This document shows positions 25,877 to 35,651 of a stretch of 64,000 nt of DNA, in pieces (the first letter of the stretch is position 1; the number at the start of each line of letters is the position of its first letter). The DNA comes from Capsulimonadaceae bacterium. GTDB taxonomy: Bacteria > Armatimonadota > Armatimonadia > Armatimonadales > Capsulimonadaceae. The position numbers and the translations under genes are program-made. The DNA is taken from assembly GCA_965215505.1 (NCBI GenBank), contig OZ244065.1:896001-960000 (forward strand). The letters run 5' to 3'. The notes under the pieces were generated by a model. It was not told where the DNA came from and ran no database searches. It saw only the letters and a program-made list of their open reading frames with translations.

Positions 25877-26589
25877 GGCGATGGCCCCCGCATGGGAGGC
25901 GGCGGCCAGACGCTCCCGTCGTGCGGCACGGGAACGGTCCCATACGCAGGAACGACTGGCCGCGCGTAAGTTTCTTGGTAGGCGCGGATGCGCGCCGTCA
26001 GCTCATCCACGGTGATCGGCAGATAGACCTGCGGGATGTTGATCGGCGCGACAAAGACGCCCAGCAGTTTGTAAAGTGGGATGCAGAAGGCGTTGACTTG
26101 CAGCATCCAGGAGCGGCCCGCGCCCAACCTCCGGCAGAGGGCACTCGTGTTCTTCGGGACGATGCCGACGTAGCGGTACATGAAGTTGTAGGGGCGGACC
26201 TCCTCGATCTCGTCCCAGCGGATCAGGCCGACATGGGTCGCCATCGTATCCACCGCGATCCCCTCAGAGCTAAGGACGACGATGGGCTTCTTCTGCTTCT
26301 TGTGGGACCGCGCCGCGATAACATACAGGAAGACGCATTCAGCCACCAGGAACCAGGGAAACCAGGAGATGCGTGCTGCCGTTGCGGACACCCGAGGAGG
26401 CGCAATATGCTGTCCAGGCAGGACCGGCGGAGGGGGCGTGAACTGATGGGCCAGAGCGCCGAAATAGAGGAACGACAGTAGCACGAGCGGCACCATGATG
26501 AAGAGCATCCGCTTGTTGAGGCCCGTGAGCGACTTCTTCGTGTCGGCGTAAAGCACATAATCTTCGGGGGGCATGATGTCCACACTCAT
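25873..26589 (-). CDS. STM3941-like membrane protein
   Basis: two TM helices followed by LSSEGI...GLIRWDEI; C-terminal VWPPPP. Confidence 0.6.
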   Translation of the reverse strand: MSVDIMPPEDYVLYADTKKSLTGLNKRMLFIMVPLVLLSFLYFGALAHQFTPPPPVLPGQHIAPPRVSATAARISWFPWFLVAECVFLYVIAARSHKKQKKPIVVLSSEGIAVDTMATHVGLIRWDEIEEVRPYNFMYRYVGIVPKNTSALCRRLGAGRSWMLQVNAFCIPLYKLLGVFVAPINIPQVYLPITVDELTARIRAYQETYARPVVPAYGTVPVPHDGSVWPPPPMRGPSP

Positions 26590-26616
26590 CGGGTAATTCT
26601 TCTGGGAGACTGAAGC

Positions 26617-26973
26617 TTACTCCGTAGAGGTAAAAACTTCTTCCTGCGTGCCTGCTTCAGTGAGCGATTCGACAACTCCGTATGAAGCCGAGCGGCGTTT
26701 GGTTTCGCGCCGCCAGAACTCGTGAACCTCATCCGGGATGTTGACAGTTTTGGCGTCAGCGATCAGTTCGACCTCCCAAGGATTGAACATCATGCCGGTG
26801 CCTGTGCCGTCAGCCCTGTAGAAATCAGCCTCATAGCAGTAGCAAGGCCAGGGGCCGCTCGCACACCAAACATAGCCTGCATCGCCCGCCTTCAACTCAT
26901 CATCAGGATGATCGCCCAACAGCCTCACCATGTCTCCGACTTGAAAATCCAAGTCGAGCTTTTCAGTCGCCAT
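26617..26973 (-). CDS. DUF4926-like protein
   Basis: DMVRLLGDHP...LKAGDAGYV...YEADF pattern. Confidence 0.6.
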   Translation of the reverse strand: MATEKLDLDFQVGDMVRLLGDHPDDELKAGDAGYVWCASGPWPCYCYEADFYRADGTGTGMMFNPWEVELIADAKTVNIPDEVHEFWRRETKRRSASYGVVESLTEAGTQEEVFTSTE

Positions 26974-27006
26974 AGAACACCCTTTCAGCCAGCGGAACGC
27001 GCAAGA

Positions 27007-27076
27007 AGGGTGGAGTCAAGTTCCGCCCCTGCATATGCCATATTCGGCATGTAGGGGTAGGGCTTGCCCCTACCCT
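27007..27076. repeat. inverted pair of GTAG-type REP-like units
   Basis: GTAGGGGTAGGGCTTGCCCCTACCCT (27051-27076) and a degenerate inverted copy at 27007-27032. Confidence 0.55.
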
Positions 27077-27096
27077 CTCTTCCTGCTCCGCGCCCC

Positions 27097-27813
27097 TCAC
27101 AGGTCAGGGATCTGCCAGTCTATCTCGGGCTTGCCCCAGCCGCGCAGGGCGGCGTTGATCTGCGAGAACGGCTTGCTGCCGAAAAAGCCGTTGCGGGCGG
27201 ACAGCGGCGAGGGGTGCGCGGACTGGACGACGAGGTGGCGCGTGGCGTCAATCAGTGGCAGCTTCTTCTGGGCGTAGCCGCCCCACAGGACGAAGACGAC
27301 CGGGTCGGGGCGGGCGGAAACGTGGCGGATGACGCTGTCCGTGAAGGTCTCCCAGCCTTTGCCTTTGTGCGAGTTGGCCGTGTGGGCGCGCACCGTCAGC
27401 ACCGCATTCAGCATCAGGACTCCCTGCGCGGCCCACGGCACGAGGTAGCCGTTGTTCGGGATGCGGCAGCCCTGATCGTCCCGCAGCTCTTTGTAGATGT
27501 TGACCAGCGAGGGCGGCGTCTCGACGCCGGGGCGGACCGAGAAGCACAGGCCGTGCGCCTGACCCGGCCCGTGGTATGGGTCCTGGCCCAGCAGGAAGAC
27601 GCGGATGTCATCGAAGGGGGCAAGCTGGAAGGCCGAATACACGTCCTCGGCGGGCGGGTAGACGGCGTGGCGGGCGCGCTCATCGGCGACGAACTCTTGC
27701 AGCTTGGGCCAGTACGGCTTGTCGAATTCGCCGGAAAGCGCGGCAAGCCACGAGGCGGGCAGCGGCGGGGGCGGGACGGGGTCAACCGAGTCGAACAGGG
27801 AAGATTGTGCCAT
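27097..27813 (-). CDS. ung: uracil-DNA glycosylase (family 1)
   Basis: GQDPYH, PPSLVNI, LLN-like MLN, HPSPLS motifs. Confidence 0.96.
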   Translation of the reverse strand: MAQSSLFDSVDPVPPPPLPASWLAALSGEFDKPYWPKLQEFVADERARHAVYPPAEDVYSAFQLAPFDDIRVFLLGQDPYHGPGQAHGLCFSVRPGVETPPSLVNIYKELRDDQGCRIPNNGYLVPWAAQGVLMLNAVLTVRAHTANSHKGKGWETFTDSVIRHVSARPDPVVFVLWGGYAQKKLPLIDATRHLVVQSAHPSPLSARNGFFGSKPFSQINAALRGWGKPEIDWQIPDL

Positions 27814-27874
27814 ACCAGATTGTACCCGGCGGCAGGGGAATCCCGTTCCCCCGGCGAACTAAGCGGGCAAGGAG

Positions 27875-29803
27875 ATGGCGCAAATGACGGCGGAAAAGTT
27901 TGAAGCACAGGTGCGACGGCTGGAGCGGTACGCGAAGGAGTCGCCGTCGGCCTATCGGGCGCATGTCGGGCTGCTGGCGGCGCTCGGCTACGGTTACATC
28001 TTCGCCGTCGTCCTGCTGCTGCTGGGGATGATCGCCCTGCTGATCGGGATGATCGGCGGCATCGCGTACTACGCTTCCCGCAGCGGCAGTTTCGCCGCGC
28101 TCAACGCCATGAAGATACTCGTCCCCCTGGGCGTCGGGCTGCTGTCGCTGATCGGCATGATCTTCCGCTCCTTCCTGGTGAGCTTCCCGGAGCCGGACGG
28201 CATCCCCATCGAGCGCGCCCAGGCCCCCCGGCTGTTCGCGGCGCTGGACGAGATCTGCCGGACGCTGGAAGCGCCCCGCTTCGACCATGTACTGGTGCAA
28301 GACGAGTTCAACGCCTCCGTCTTCCAGCGCCCCCGGTTCGGCCTGCTGGGGGGCCACACCAACTACCTGATGCTGGGGCTGCCGCTGATGGAGGCCGTCC
28401 CGGCTGCCTCGTTCCGCGCCGTCCTCGCCCACGAGATCGGCCACCTCTCGCGCAGCCACAATCGCTTCAGCGGCTGGGTCTACCGCGTCCGCGCGACCTG
28501 GGACCAGATGCTGCGGTCCTTGGTCCAGCAGCGGCACGGCGGCCTTTCTCTGTTCCTGCCCTTCTTCCGCTGGTATTCTCCCTATTTCGCGGCCTACTCG
28601 TTCGTCCTGCGCCGCGAGAACGAGTATGTCGCGGACCGCTGCGCCGCCCAGGTGTGCGGCCCGGAGGGGGCGGCCCAGATGCTGGTCCTGAGCGAGCTGA
28701 AAGGGCGCTGCTACGGCCAGGAGTTCGGGAGGAGCCTGCTGAAGCAGGCTCGCACCCAGCCCAGCGTCCGGAGCGACCTGTACAGCAGCCTGAAGGCCAG
28801 CCTGTTGCAGCCGTCCGAACACGAGATGCAGTGGTACGAGGACGCTTTGGAGGAGCGGACTGGGCTTGGCGACACGCACCCGAGCCTGACCGACCGGCTG
28901 GCCGCCCTGGGGTTCCGCATGGTCCCCGGTGGCCCGCTCGACCTCCCGAAGCCGCCCCTGCCGCTGCCGCCGCCGGTGAGGGAAACCGCCGCCGACACCT
29001 ACCTCGGCCCGCTGCGCGACCGGATCATGCCGAAGTTCAATGCCGCCCGGCGTCAGGAGATCGCGGGGGCCTGGGTCCAGCAGAACCAGCAGGCCCGCCT
29101 CCAGGAGCAGAAGCTGGAAGACCTGGAAGCGCGGACCGTCCAGGGCCGGCTGACGCTGGCGGAGGCCTGAGAGCGGGCGCTGCTCTTCGCCCAGGTACAT
29201 GGGGAGGCGGAGGCCCTGCCGGTCATCCACGAGTACCTGCGCGCGCAGCCGGACAACGCCGAGGCCAACTTCGTCTTCGGCAAGATGCTCCTGGATCGCA
29301 AAGACGCGCGCGGCATCCCCTACCTCAAAAAAGCCATGGAACTCACCCCGGCCTCCGTCGGCGCGGCCTGCGAAGCGATCTACTGGTTCCTGCGCGGCCA
29401 GGGCAGGCCCGCCGAGGCCGTCTCCTACCGGGAGCGCGCACTCAAACACCAGCGCGAGTGGGAGGCGGGCCATGCCGAGCGCGAGACCGTGGAACCAACC
29501 GACCGGTTCATCTACCACGGGCTGTCCCAGGAAGAGCTGACACGGTTCCGCGAACAGCTCGCGCGCTTCGAGGCCGTCGGCAAGGCTTACCTCGTCCGCA
29601 AGCAGGTCAAGTACCTGCCGGACAAGCCGCTGTACATACTGGGAATCGTCCCCGCCGGGTCGCGGGACTCCGACCTCGCCTCATGGCTGGGTTCCAAGCT
29701 CCAGCTCCCCGGTGAAACCATCCTGATCGTCCTCACCGGGAACATGCAGAAAATGGAACGGCCGCTGGCACAGCTCGCGTCGGCCCGCATTCTCAGCCGG
29801 TGA
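27875..29803 (+). pseudogene. M48 family membrane metalloprotease with TPR-like tail, interrupted by an in-frame TGA at 29168-29170
   Basis: HEIGH, EYVADR, DTHPSL motifs; the frame stays open after the stop into ORF 29285-29803. Confidence 0.75.
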
Positions 29804-29807
29804 ACGG

Positions 29808-31049
29808 CTACCCGTCCGACGTGAACTCCGCCCCGCGCGCTTCTTTGCCCAGGGCCGTCACCAGGGCGACGGCCAGCAGGACCACAAGAATGACCGTGGA
29901 CAGGCCCAAAGCATAGTCGGGGTGCTTGACGCCGCCGTGCCCCTCGGCGATCTTCGTCTGGATGTTGGCGTTCGCGGCGGCAAACAGGTTGCCGAGTTGA
30001 TACGCGAATCCGGTGAAGGTCCCGCGGAAGGCAGTAGGCGCAAGCTCGGTCAGGTGGGCGGGGATGACGCCCCACGCCCCCTGGACGCAGAACTGCATCA
30101 GGAACGCACCGACGCCGAGCAGGATCGGGGAATGCGAAAAGGCCCACAAGGGGATGACCGGCAGGCCGAGCAGGGCGAAGACGACGATGGCCCGGCGCCG
30201 CCCGATCCGCTGCGACAGGGTGCCGACGACGATGCCGCCGATCAGCGCCCCGAGGTTGTAGACGATCACGATGTTGCTGACGGTGCGGTCGTCGAACTTG
30301 CGCTGCACCTGGAGGAACTTCGGGTAAAGGTCCTGCGTCCCGTGCGACATGAAAGTGAAGGCGGTCATCAGCAGGACGAGGTACACGAACAGGCCGCCGT
30401 GCTGCCGCAACGCCTGGCCCCAATCAATGCGCTCGCGCGTGGGCCGCTCCCGCTCCCAGACGGGCGACTCCTTGACCTTGGACCGGATGAACAGCGACAG
30501 CAGGGCGGGGGCCGCGCCGATGAAGAACATCCAGCGCCAGCCCAGATGCGGCACGACGAGCGGGTACAGAACCGCCCCCAGCAGGTAACCCACCGGGTAG
30601 CCCTGCTGCAAGATGCCGGACAGCAGCCCGCGCGACGCGGCGGGCGTACTTTCCAGTGCGAGCGACGCCCCCAGCCCCCATTCGCCGCCCATCGCCACGC
30701 CGAACAGGGCGCGCAGGATTAGGAACGCCGTCAAAGTCGGTGCGAAGCCCGAGGCGAGTTCCAGGACGGAGTAGAGGATGACGTCTATCATCAGCGGGAT
30801 GCGCCGCCCATACCGGTCCGCCATCGCCCCGAACAGGAACGCCCCGATGGGGCGGCAGGCCAGAGTCGCGAACAGGATGGACGCGCCCTGCTGCGGGGAG
30901 GCGTGGAACTCCTTCTCGATGTCTTTGAGGACGAAGACGACCACGAAGAAGTCGAAGGCGTCCAGGGTCCAGCCGAGATAGGCCGCGAGAAAGGCGTTCC
31001 TTTGGTCCGTCGTCAGCGCCCGTAACTGTGCCAAAATCCCTATGTTCAT
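29808..31049 (-). CDS. MFS carboxylate transporter (SHS/JEN-like)
   Basis: GWTLDAFDFF, ADRYGRR, MGGEWG, SHGTQDLYP, YQLGN motifs. Confidence 0.9.
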   Translation of the reverse strand: MNIGILAQLRALTTDQRNAFLAAYLGWTLDAFDFFVVVFVLKDIEKEFHASPQQGASILFATLACRPIGAFLFGAMADRYGRRIPLMIDVILYSVLELASGFAPTLTAFLILRALFGVAMGGEWGLGASLALESTPAASRGLLSGILQQGYPVGYLLGAVLYPLVVPHLGWRWMFFIGAAPALLSLFIRSKVKESPVWERERPTRERIDWGQALRQHGGLFVYLVLLMTAFTFMSHGTQDLYPKFLQVQRKFDDRTVSNIVIVYNLGALIGGIVVGTLSQRIGRRRAIVVFALLGLPVIPLWAFSHSPILLGVGAFLMQFCVQGAWGVIPAHLTELAPTAFRGTFTGFAYQLGNLFAAANANIQTKIAEGHGGVKHPDYALGLSTVILVVLLAVALVTALGKEARGAEFTSDG

Positions 31050-31097
31050 GGCTTTCTGGTTCCTTTCGCCTGCCTGATTTGCTGGGTATAATCGCGC

Positions 31098-31751
31098 ATG
31101 GACTTCCCTGCCAGCTACGGCACTCTCGTCGGGGGCGGTTTCTTCGCCTGGATCTTCGTGGCGCTGGCCTTCGCCTCCGCCGGGCTGCGGGAGGGAGGTC
31201 TGGTTTGCCGGGAAACGCCCACAGGAAGAGTCTACAGCGCGCACCCCTGCGGGCGGATATTTGCCGCCATGATGGGCCTTCTTTTCACCGTCTACGCACC
31301 GCTGATGTATGGGTTTATGTTCCTGGAACCGGCCCAGAATCAGGCCTCCATGTCAGGCGGAGACTGGTTCCCGTTCGCACTCCTGGTCTGCATGAACGTC
31401 GCGATGGGAGTTCTCATGTTCTGGCTTGCCGGACCGAACGATTTTTTCATAGATTTAGATCGGCGCACTTATCGGCATACTCACGGCTGGGCGTTTCACC
31501 AGAAAGTGGTGACCGGGATGCTGGACGATGAGATCGCAGGCGTCTTTGTTCGGTGCGTCTCCATGAACAGCCGCTATGACGTTGGCCTCATCTGGAAGCG
31601 GGGGCAGAGGTGGAAGCGGCTGGTCATGTTCAACCGCTCCGGCCGCGCCGACCGGTGTGCGGAGGAAACGGCGGCGGCACTGGGGCTGCCGCTGGTCGCG
31701 CCGCCGTCTTATCTGAAGTCTTCCAGAGACGTCCGCAACGGCCTCGGCTGA
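31098..31751 (+). CDS. hypothetical membrane protein (paralog A)
   Basis: three TM segments; shares its C-terminal domain with 31768-32430. Confidence 0.7.
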   Translation: MDFPASYGTLVGGGFFAWIFVALAFASAGLREGGLVCRETPTGRVYSAHPCGRIFAAMMGLLFTVYAPLMYGFMFLEPAQNQASMSGGDWFPFALLVCMNVAMGVLMFWLAGPNDFFIDLDRRTYRHTHGWAFHQKVVTGMLDDEIAGVFVRCVSMNSRYDVGLIWKRGQRWKRLVMFNRSGRADRCAEETAAALGLPLVAPPSYLKSSRDVRNGLG

Positions 31752-31767
31752 GTGGGTATAATCCCAC

Positions 31768-32430
31768 ATGAGCGTTCCCGTCACCGGCGAGCAGGTCGTG
31801 GGCATCGGCTTCTTCGCCTTTGTCGTGCTGGGCGTGATCTTTGCTTTCATAGACAACCGACGGGAACGGGATGAACGCAACAAGCCTCTCCCGCCTCTCC
31901 CAAGAGAAACAGCCTTTCGTAAGCCGCGGGGCGTCCGGCTTTTCATGGCGCTGCTTGCGGCCTTCATCATCACCGGCTACCCGCTCCTGTACGCAGTGGG
32001 CGCTTTTGATGTGAGAGGCCATCGCCCGCATTTTACCGCTGAAACCTGGACACTCTTCGGGATTGTGGAAATCATTGGCATTGCCACCGGACTGCCACTG
32101 CTGTATCTCTCCGGCCCGAACGAGTTCTTCCTGGACGTGGAGCGGCGTACCTACCGCCATGTCTACGGCTGGCCTTTCCGCCCCCAGGTGCGAGAAGGCT
32201 CCTGGGAAGAGATGGCCGGTGTTTATGTCCGGTTCATACGGATGACAAATAACGAGCAGTACATCGTAGGCATTGCCTGGAAATGTCCCCGGAGTCACAG
32301 TCCCGTGCTGGGAGCGTTCAGCCGACCCAGGCAAGCCGACCGGTGGGCGGAAGGGGTGGCGGCGACTTTAGACTTACCCCTGGTTGAACCGCCGCCCTCA
32401 CGCAAGCAATCAACAATGGGCCGCTGCTGA
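31768..32430 (+). CDS. hypothetical membrane protein (paralog B)
   Basis: three TM segments; GPNEFFLDVERRTYRH matches GPNDFFIDLDRRTYRH of paralog A. Confidence 0.7.
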   Translation: MSVPVTGEQVVGIGFFAFVVLGVIFAFIDNRRERDERNKPLPPLPRETAFRKPRGVRLFMALLAAFIITGYPLLYAVGAFDVRGHRPHFTAETWTLFGIVEIIGIATGLPLLYLSGPNEFFLDVERRTYRHVYGWPFRPQVREGSWEEMAGVYVRFIRMTNNEQYIVGIAWKCPRSHSPVLGAFSRPRQADRWAEGVAATLDLPLVEPPPSRKQSTMGRC

Positions 32431-32480
32431 GTCCCGTGAGACAGGCGGACACGCCCGGCGGTGTGCTACAATGTACCAAC

Positions 32481-33821
32481 ATGGACTTATTTGATGACGG
32501 CGACGCGCCCGCCCCGGTGGCCGCGCCCAACACGCCGCTTGCGGCCCGGATGCGGCCCACGACGCTGGAAGAGTTCGTCGGCCAGGCGCGCATCCTCGGA
32601 CCCGACAGCCTGCTGCGGCGGGCCATCGAGGAGGACGCCCTGACCTCGTTGATCTTCTTCGGGCCGCCCGGCGTCGGCAAAAGCACGCTGGCCGGCATCG
32701 TCGCCCAGCGGACCTCGTCGCACTTCGAGAACTTCAGCGCCGTGACGCAGGGCATCCCCGACCTGCGGAAAGTGATCGAGGCCGCCGCCCTGCGCCGGCG
32801 GATGTACGGCAAAAAGACCGTGCTGTTCATTGACGAGATCCACCGCTTCAACAAGGCCCAGCAGGACGCCCTGCTGCCGCACGTCGAGAACGGCACGGTG
32901 GTTCTGATCGGCGCGACGACCGAGAACCCCTACTTTGAAGTCAACGCGCCCCTGCTGTCCCGCGCCCGCGTCTTCACCTTCGAGTCGCTGTCCGACGAGC
33001 AGCTAGGCGCACTGCTCGACCGCGCCGTGTCCGACCCCGAGCGCGGCCTGGGGAGCCTCAAAGTCGTGCTGGAACCGGACGCCCGCACCCACCTGATCGA
33101 CAAGGCCAACGGCGACGCGCGGACAGCACTGAACGCCCTGGAACTGGCCGCGACCACGACCCGGCCCGAGTCGCGCAAGGCGGACGCCGTGCGCCGCGTC
33201 ACGCGCGCCATCGCCGAGGAGGCGTTGCAGCACCGCGCGCTGACCTATGACAAGACGGGCGATACGCACTATGATACCATCTCGGCCTTCATTAAGTCTA
33301 TCCGTGGCAGCGACCCGGACGCGGGGCTGTACTACCTCGCGCGGATGCTGACGGCGGGCGAGGACGCCCGCTTCATCGCCCGCCGCCTGGTCATCCTGGC
33401 TTCGGAAGACGTCGGCAACGCCGACCCGATGGGCCTCTTAGTCGCGAACGCCGCTGCCCACGCCGTCGAGTATGTGGGCCTGCCCGAAGCGCAGCTTAAT
33501 CTGGCACAGGCCGTGACGTACCTCGCCGCCGCGCCCAAGTCTAAAGCCTCCTACATCGGCCTGAAGCGCGCCCAGGCGGACGTGGAGGCCGAGCGCGCCA
33601 GCCCGGTCCCCAAGCCCATGCGCGACTCCCGAAGCGGCACGGGCCGGGTGGCCCAGGGCGACACGCCGTACCTCAACCCGCACGACTACCCCGGCGGCTA
33701 TGTGGCGCAGGAGTATCTGCCGGAAGGCGTCCAGACGCAGCCGTACTATGAGCCGACGGAGAACGGCGCGGAGGCGGAGATCAAGGCACGGATGGCGATA
33801 AGGAGAGGAGCGAGTGGTTGA
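32481..33821 (+). CDS. rarA: replication-associated recombination protein A (AAA+ ATPase)
   Basis: PLAARMRP, GPPGVGKS, DEIHRFNKAQQD, SAFIKSIRGSDPD, ASEDVG. Confidence 0.95.
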   Translation: MDLFDDGDAPAPVAAPNTPLAARMRPTTLEEFVGQARILGPDSLLRRAIEEDALTSLIFFGPPGVGKSTLAGIVAQRTSSHFENFSAVTQGIPDLRKVIEAAALRRRMYGKKTVLFIDEIHRFNKAQQDALLPHVENGTVVLIGATTENPYFEVNAPLLSRARVFTFESLSDEQLGALLDRAVSDPERGLGSLKVVLEPDARTHLIDKANGDARTALNALELAATTTRPESRKADAVRRVTRAIAEEALQHRALTYDKTGDTHYDTISAFIKSIRGSDPDAGLYYLARMLTAGEDARFIARRLVILASEDVGNADPMGLLVANAAAHAVEYVGLPEAQLNLAQAVTYLAAAPKSKASYIGLKRAQADVEAERASPVPKPMRDSRSGTGRVAQGDTPYLNPHDYPGGYVAQEYLPEGVQTQPYYEPTENGAEAEIKARMAIRRGASG

Positions 33822-33938
33822 AAACCACTCGCTCGGTCAGGCGTCCTTCGGACGGCAGGAGGCCCTTCCTTCACCCGGCAGGAGGCCCTTCCTTCACCCG
33901 AAGGGTGCTTCTCCTAGCGAGCGGTTTTCAACCACTCG
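33811..33938. repeat. REPIN-like element with internal 23-bp tandem duplication
   Basis: 23-bp IR 33811-33833/33916-33938 (1 mismatch); GGCAGGAGGCCCTTCCTTCACCC twice at 33854-33899. Confidence 0.8.
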
Positions 33939-33958
33939 TCTCTCCGGGTCATAATGCC

Positions 33959-34651
33959 ATGAACGAAAACATCCAGAACGAACAGGTTTCCTACTACCGC
34001 GCCCGCGCCGGCGAGTACGACGAGTGGTTCCGGCGCGACGGGCGCTATGACCGGGGGCCGGAGGCGAACGCGCGCTGGACCGAGGAGATCGGCCAGGTGG
34101 CGGACGCTCTGACGGCCTTCAACCCGAGCGGTGACGTGCTGGAACTGGCGGCGGGCACGGGCTGGTGGACGGAGCGGCTGGCGCAGCATGCGGCCAAGGT
34201 GACGGCGGTGGATGCCGCGCCGGAGACGCTGGCGGTCAACCGGGGGAAGATGGGCGACAAGCCCGTCCGCTACATTGAGGCCGACCTGTTCGAGTGGCAG
34301 CCGGACCGGCGGTATGATGTCGTCTTCTTTAGCTTCTGGCTTTCCCATGTGCCGCCCGAGGGGTTTGATGCTTTTTGGGGAATGGTACGGGCCTGCCTCA
34401 AACCGGGTGGCCGCGTGTTCTTCCTCGATTCGCGTTATGAAGAGACTTCGACGGCCGCCGACCACCGGCTGGAGGGGGAGGACGCCACGACGGTTTTGCG
34501 GCGGCTCAAAGACGGGCGCGAGTTCCGGGTCGTCAAGGTTTTCTACCGTCCTGACGAGCTGGCCGCGCGGCTGGCCGCTTTGGGCTGGGCCGTAGACGTG
34601 CGGACAACGGCGAACTACTTCATTTACGGGGCGGGCACTGTCGCGCGATGA
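33959..34651 (+). CDS. class I SAM-dependent methyltransferase
   Basis: YYRARAGEYD, VLELAAGTGWWT, FWLSHVP; start trimmed to MNENI. Confidence 0.88.
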   Translation: MNENIQNEQVSYYRARAGEYDEWFRRDGRYDRGPEANARWTEEIGQVADALTAFNPSGDVLELAAGTGWWTERLAQHAAKVTAVDAAPETLAVNRGKMGDKPVRYIEADLFEWQPDRRYDVVFFSFWLSHVPPEGFDAFWGMVRACLKPGGRVFFLDSRYEETSTAADHRLEGEDATTVLRRLKDGREFRVVKVFYRPDELAARLAALGWAVDVRTTANYFIYGAGTVAR

Positions 34652-35544
34652 TCCGTTTCCTTCTGAACTTCATCGCGCTGCTGGCCGTCTACTGCTGGTG
34701 GGTGGAACCGGCGCGGCTGTGCGTTACGGAATACGCCGTCTCCGACCCCGACCGGCCCCTGGCGAACCCCGTCCGGGTCTTGATGCTGACGGACTGGCAC
34801 TTAGGCCGGTGGACGCGGCCCCGCGTCCTGCGGTCCAAGATCAAGCGACTGCTGCGGCGGCACCGGCGGAAGCCGTTCGACCTGCTGCTGCTGGGCGGCG
34901 ACTTCATTGACGACGACGCCCGCCACCTGCCCCTGCTGGCCGAGACGGTGCGGGCGCTGCGCGGGTTCCACGTCCCCATGATCGCCGTGCTGGGCAACCA
35001 CGACCACACCAGCTTCGCGGGGGACGTGACGCCGCTGGTGGAATGCCTGCGGGCGCGGGGCGTCACCGTCCTGAGGAACCGGGCGGCGGCGGTACAGGTC
35101 GGCGGCCAGCGGCTCCTGATCGTCGGGCTGGAAGACTTGCAGGAGGCATCGGACTACTACGATGCCGACGCTTACCAGACGCCGGAAGAGTACCGGCAGG
35201 CGGCGGGCGGCCTGGACTGGTACGCGCGGTTCGACGGTTTGGAGCCGCACACGCCGCGCCTGCTGCTGGCACACAACCCGGACGCCGTCTGGATGCCGGG
35301 GCGCAGGCCGCTGGCGACATTGGCGGGCCACACGCACGGCGGCCAGATGATGCCGCTGGATTGGGTGAGCCGCCCGTTCCACCGGACTCTGGACCGGCAC
35401 CTGCCGCCCGGCAGCGCGGTCACCTGGGCGGGCCGGCGGCTGATAAACGGCCGGACGCTGATCGTGAGCCGGGGCGTGGAGGGGGCCGCCCTGCCCCTGC
35501 GCCTGGGGCGCGCGCCCGAGGCGGTCGTCATCACTTTATCCTAA
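34648..35544 (+). CDS. calcineurin-like metallophosphoesterase
   Basis: DWH, GGDFID, GNHD, AHNP, GHTHGGQ motifs. Confidence 0.9.
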   Translation: MIRFLLNFIALLAVYCWWVEPARLCVTEYAVSDPDRPLANPVRVLMLTDWHLGRWTRPRVLRSKIKRLLRRHRRKPFDLLLLGGDFIDDDARHLPLLAETVRALRGFHVPMIAVLGNHDHTSFAGDVTPLVECLRARGVTVLRNRAAAVQVGGQRLLIVGLEDLQEASDYYDADAYQTPEEYRQAAGGLDWYARFDGLEPHTPRLLLAHNPDAVWMPGRRPLATLAGHTHGGQMMPLDWVSRPFHRTLDRHLPPGSAVTWAGRRLINGRTLIVSRGVEGAALPLRLGRAPEAVVITLS

Positions 35545-35565
35545 ACCTATCGTAACAGACTCACA

Positions 35566-35594
35566 TTGACGCCCGCCCGCATTTTGTGGATAAT
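35566..35594 (+). promoter_or_regulatory. sigma70-type promoter
   Basis: TTGACG-N17-GATAAT upstream of the dipeptidase gene. Confidence 0.6.
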
Positions 35595-35651
35595 GGGGGG
35601 GCATATCCGTTCGTTTCAACTTCTTTTCAGCATCGCACAGAAAGCAGCCGC

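Noticed and set aside
29168-29170. selenocysteine or alternative genetic code at the TGA
   Set aside because: The context is not redox-like, no convincing SECIS hairpin was seen, and TGA is used as a normal stop throughout the window.
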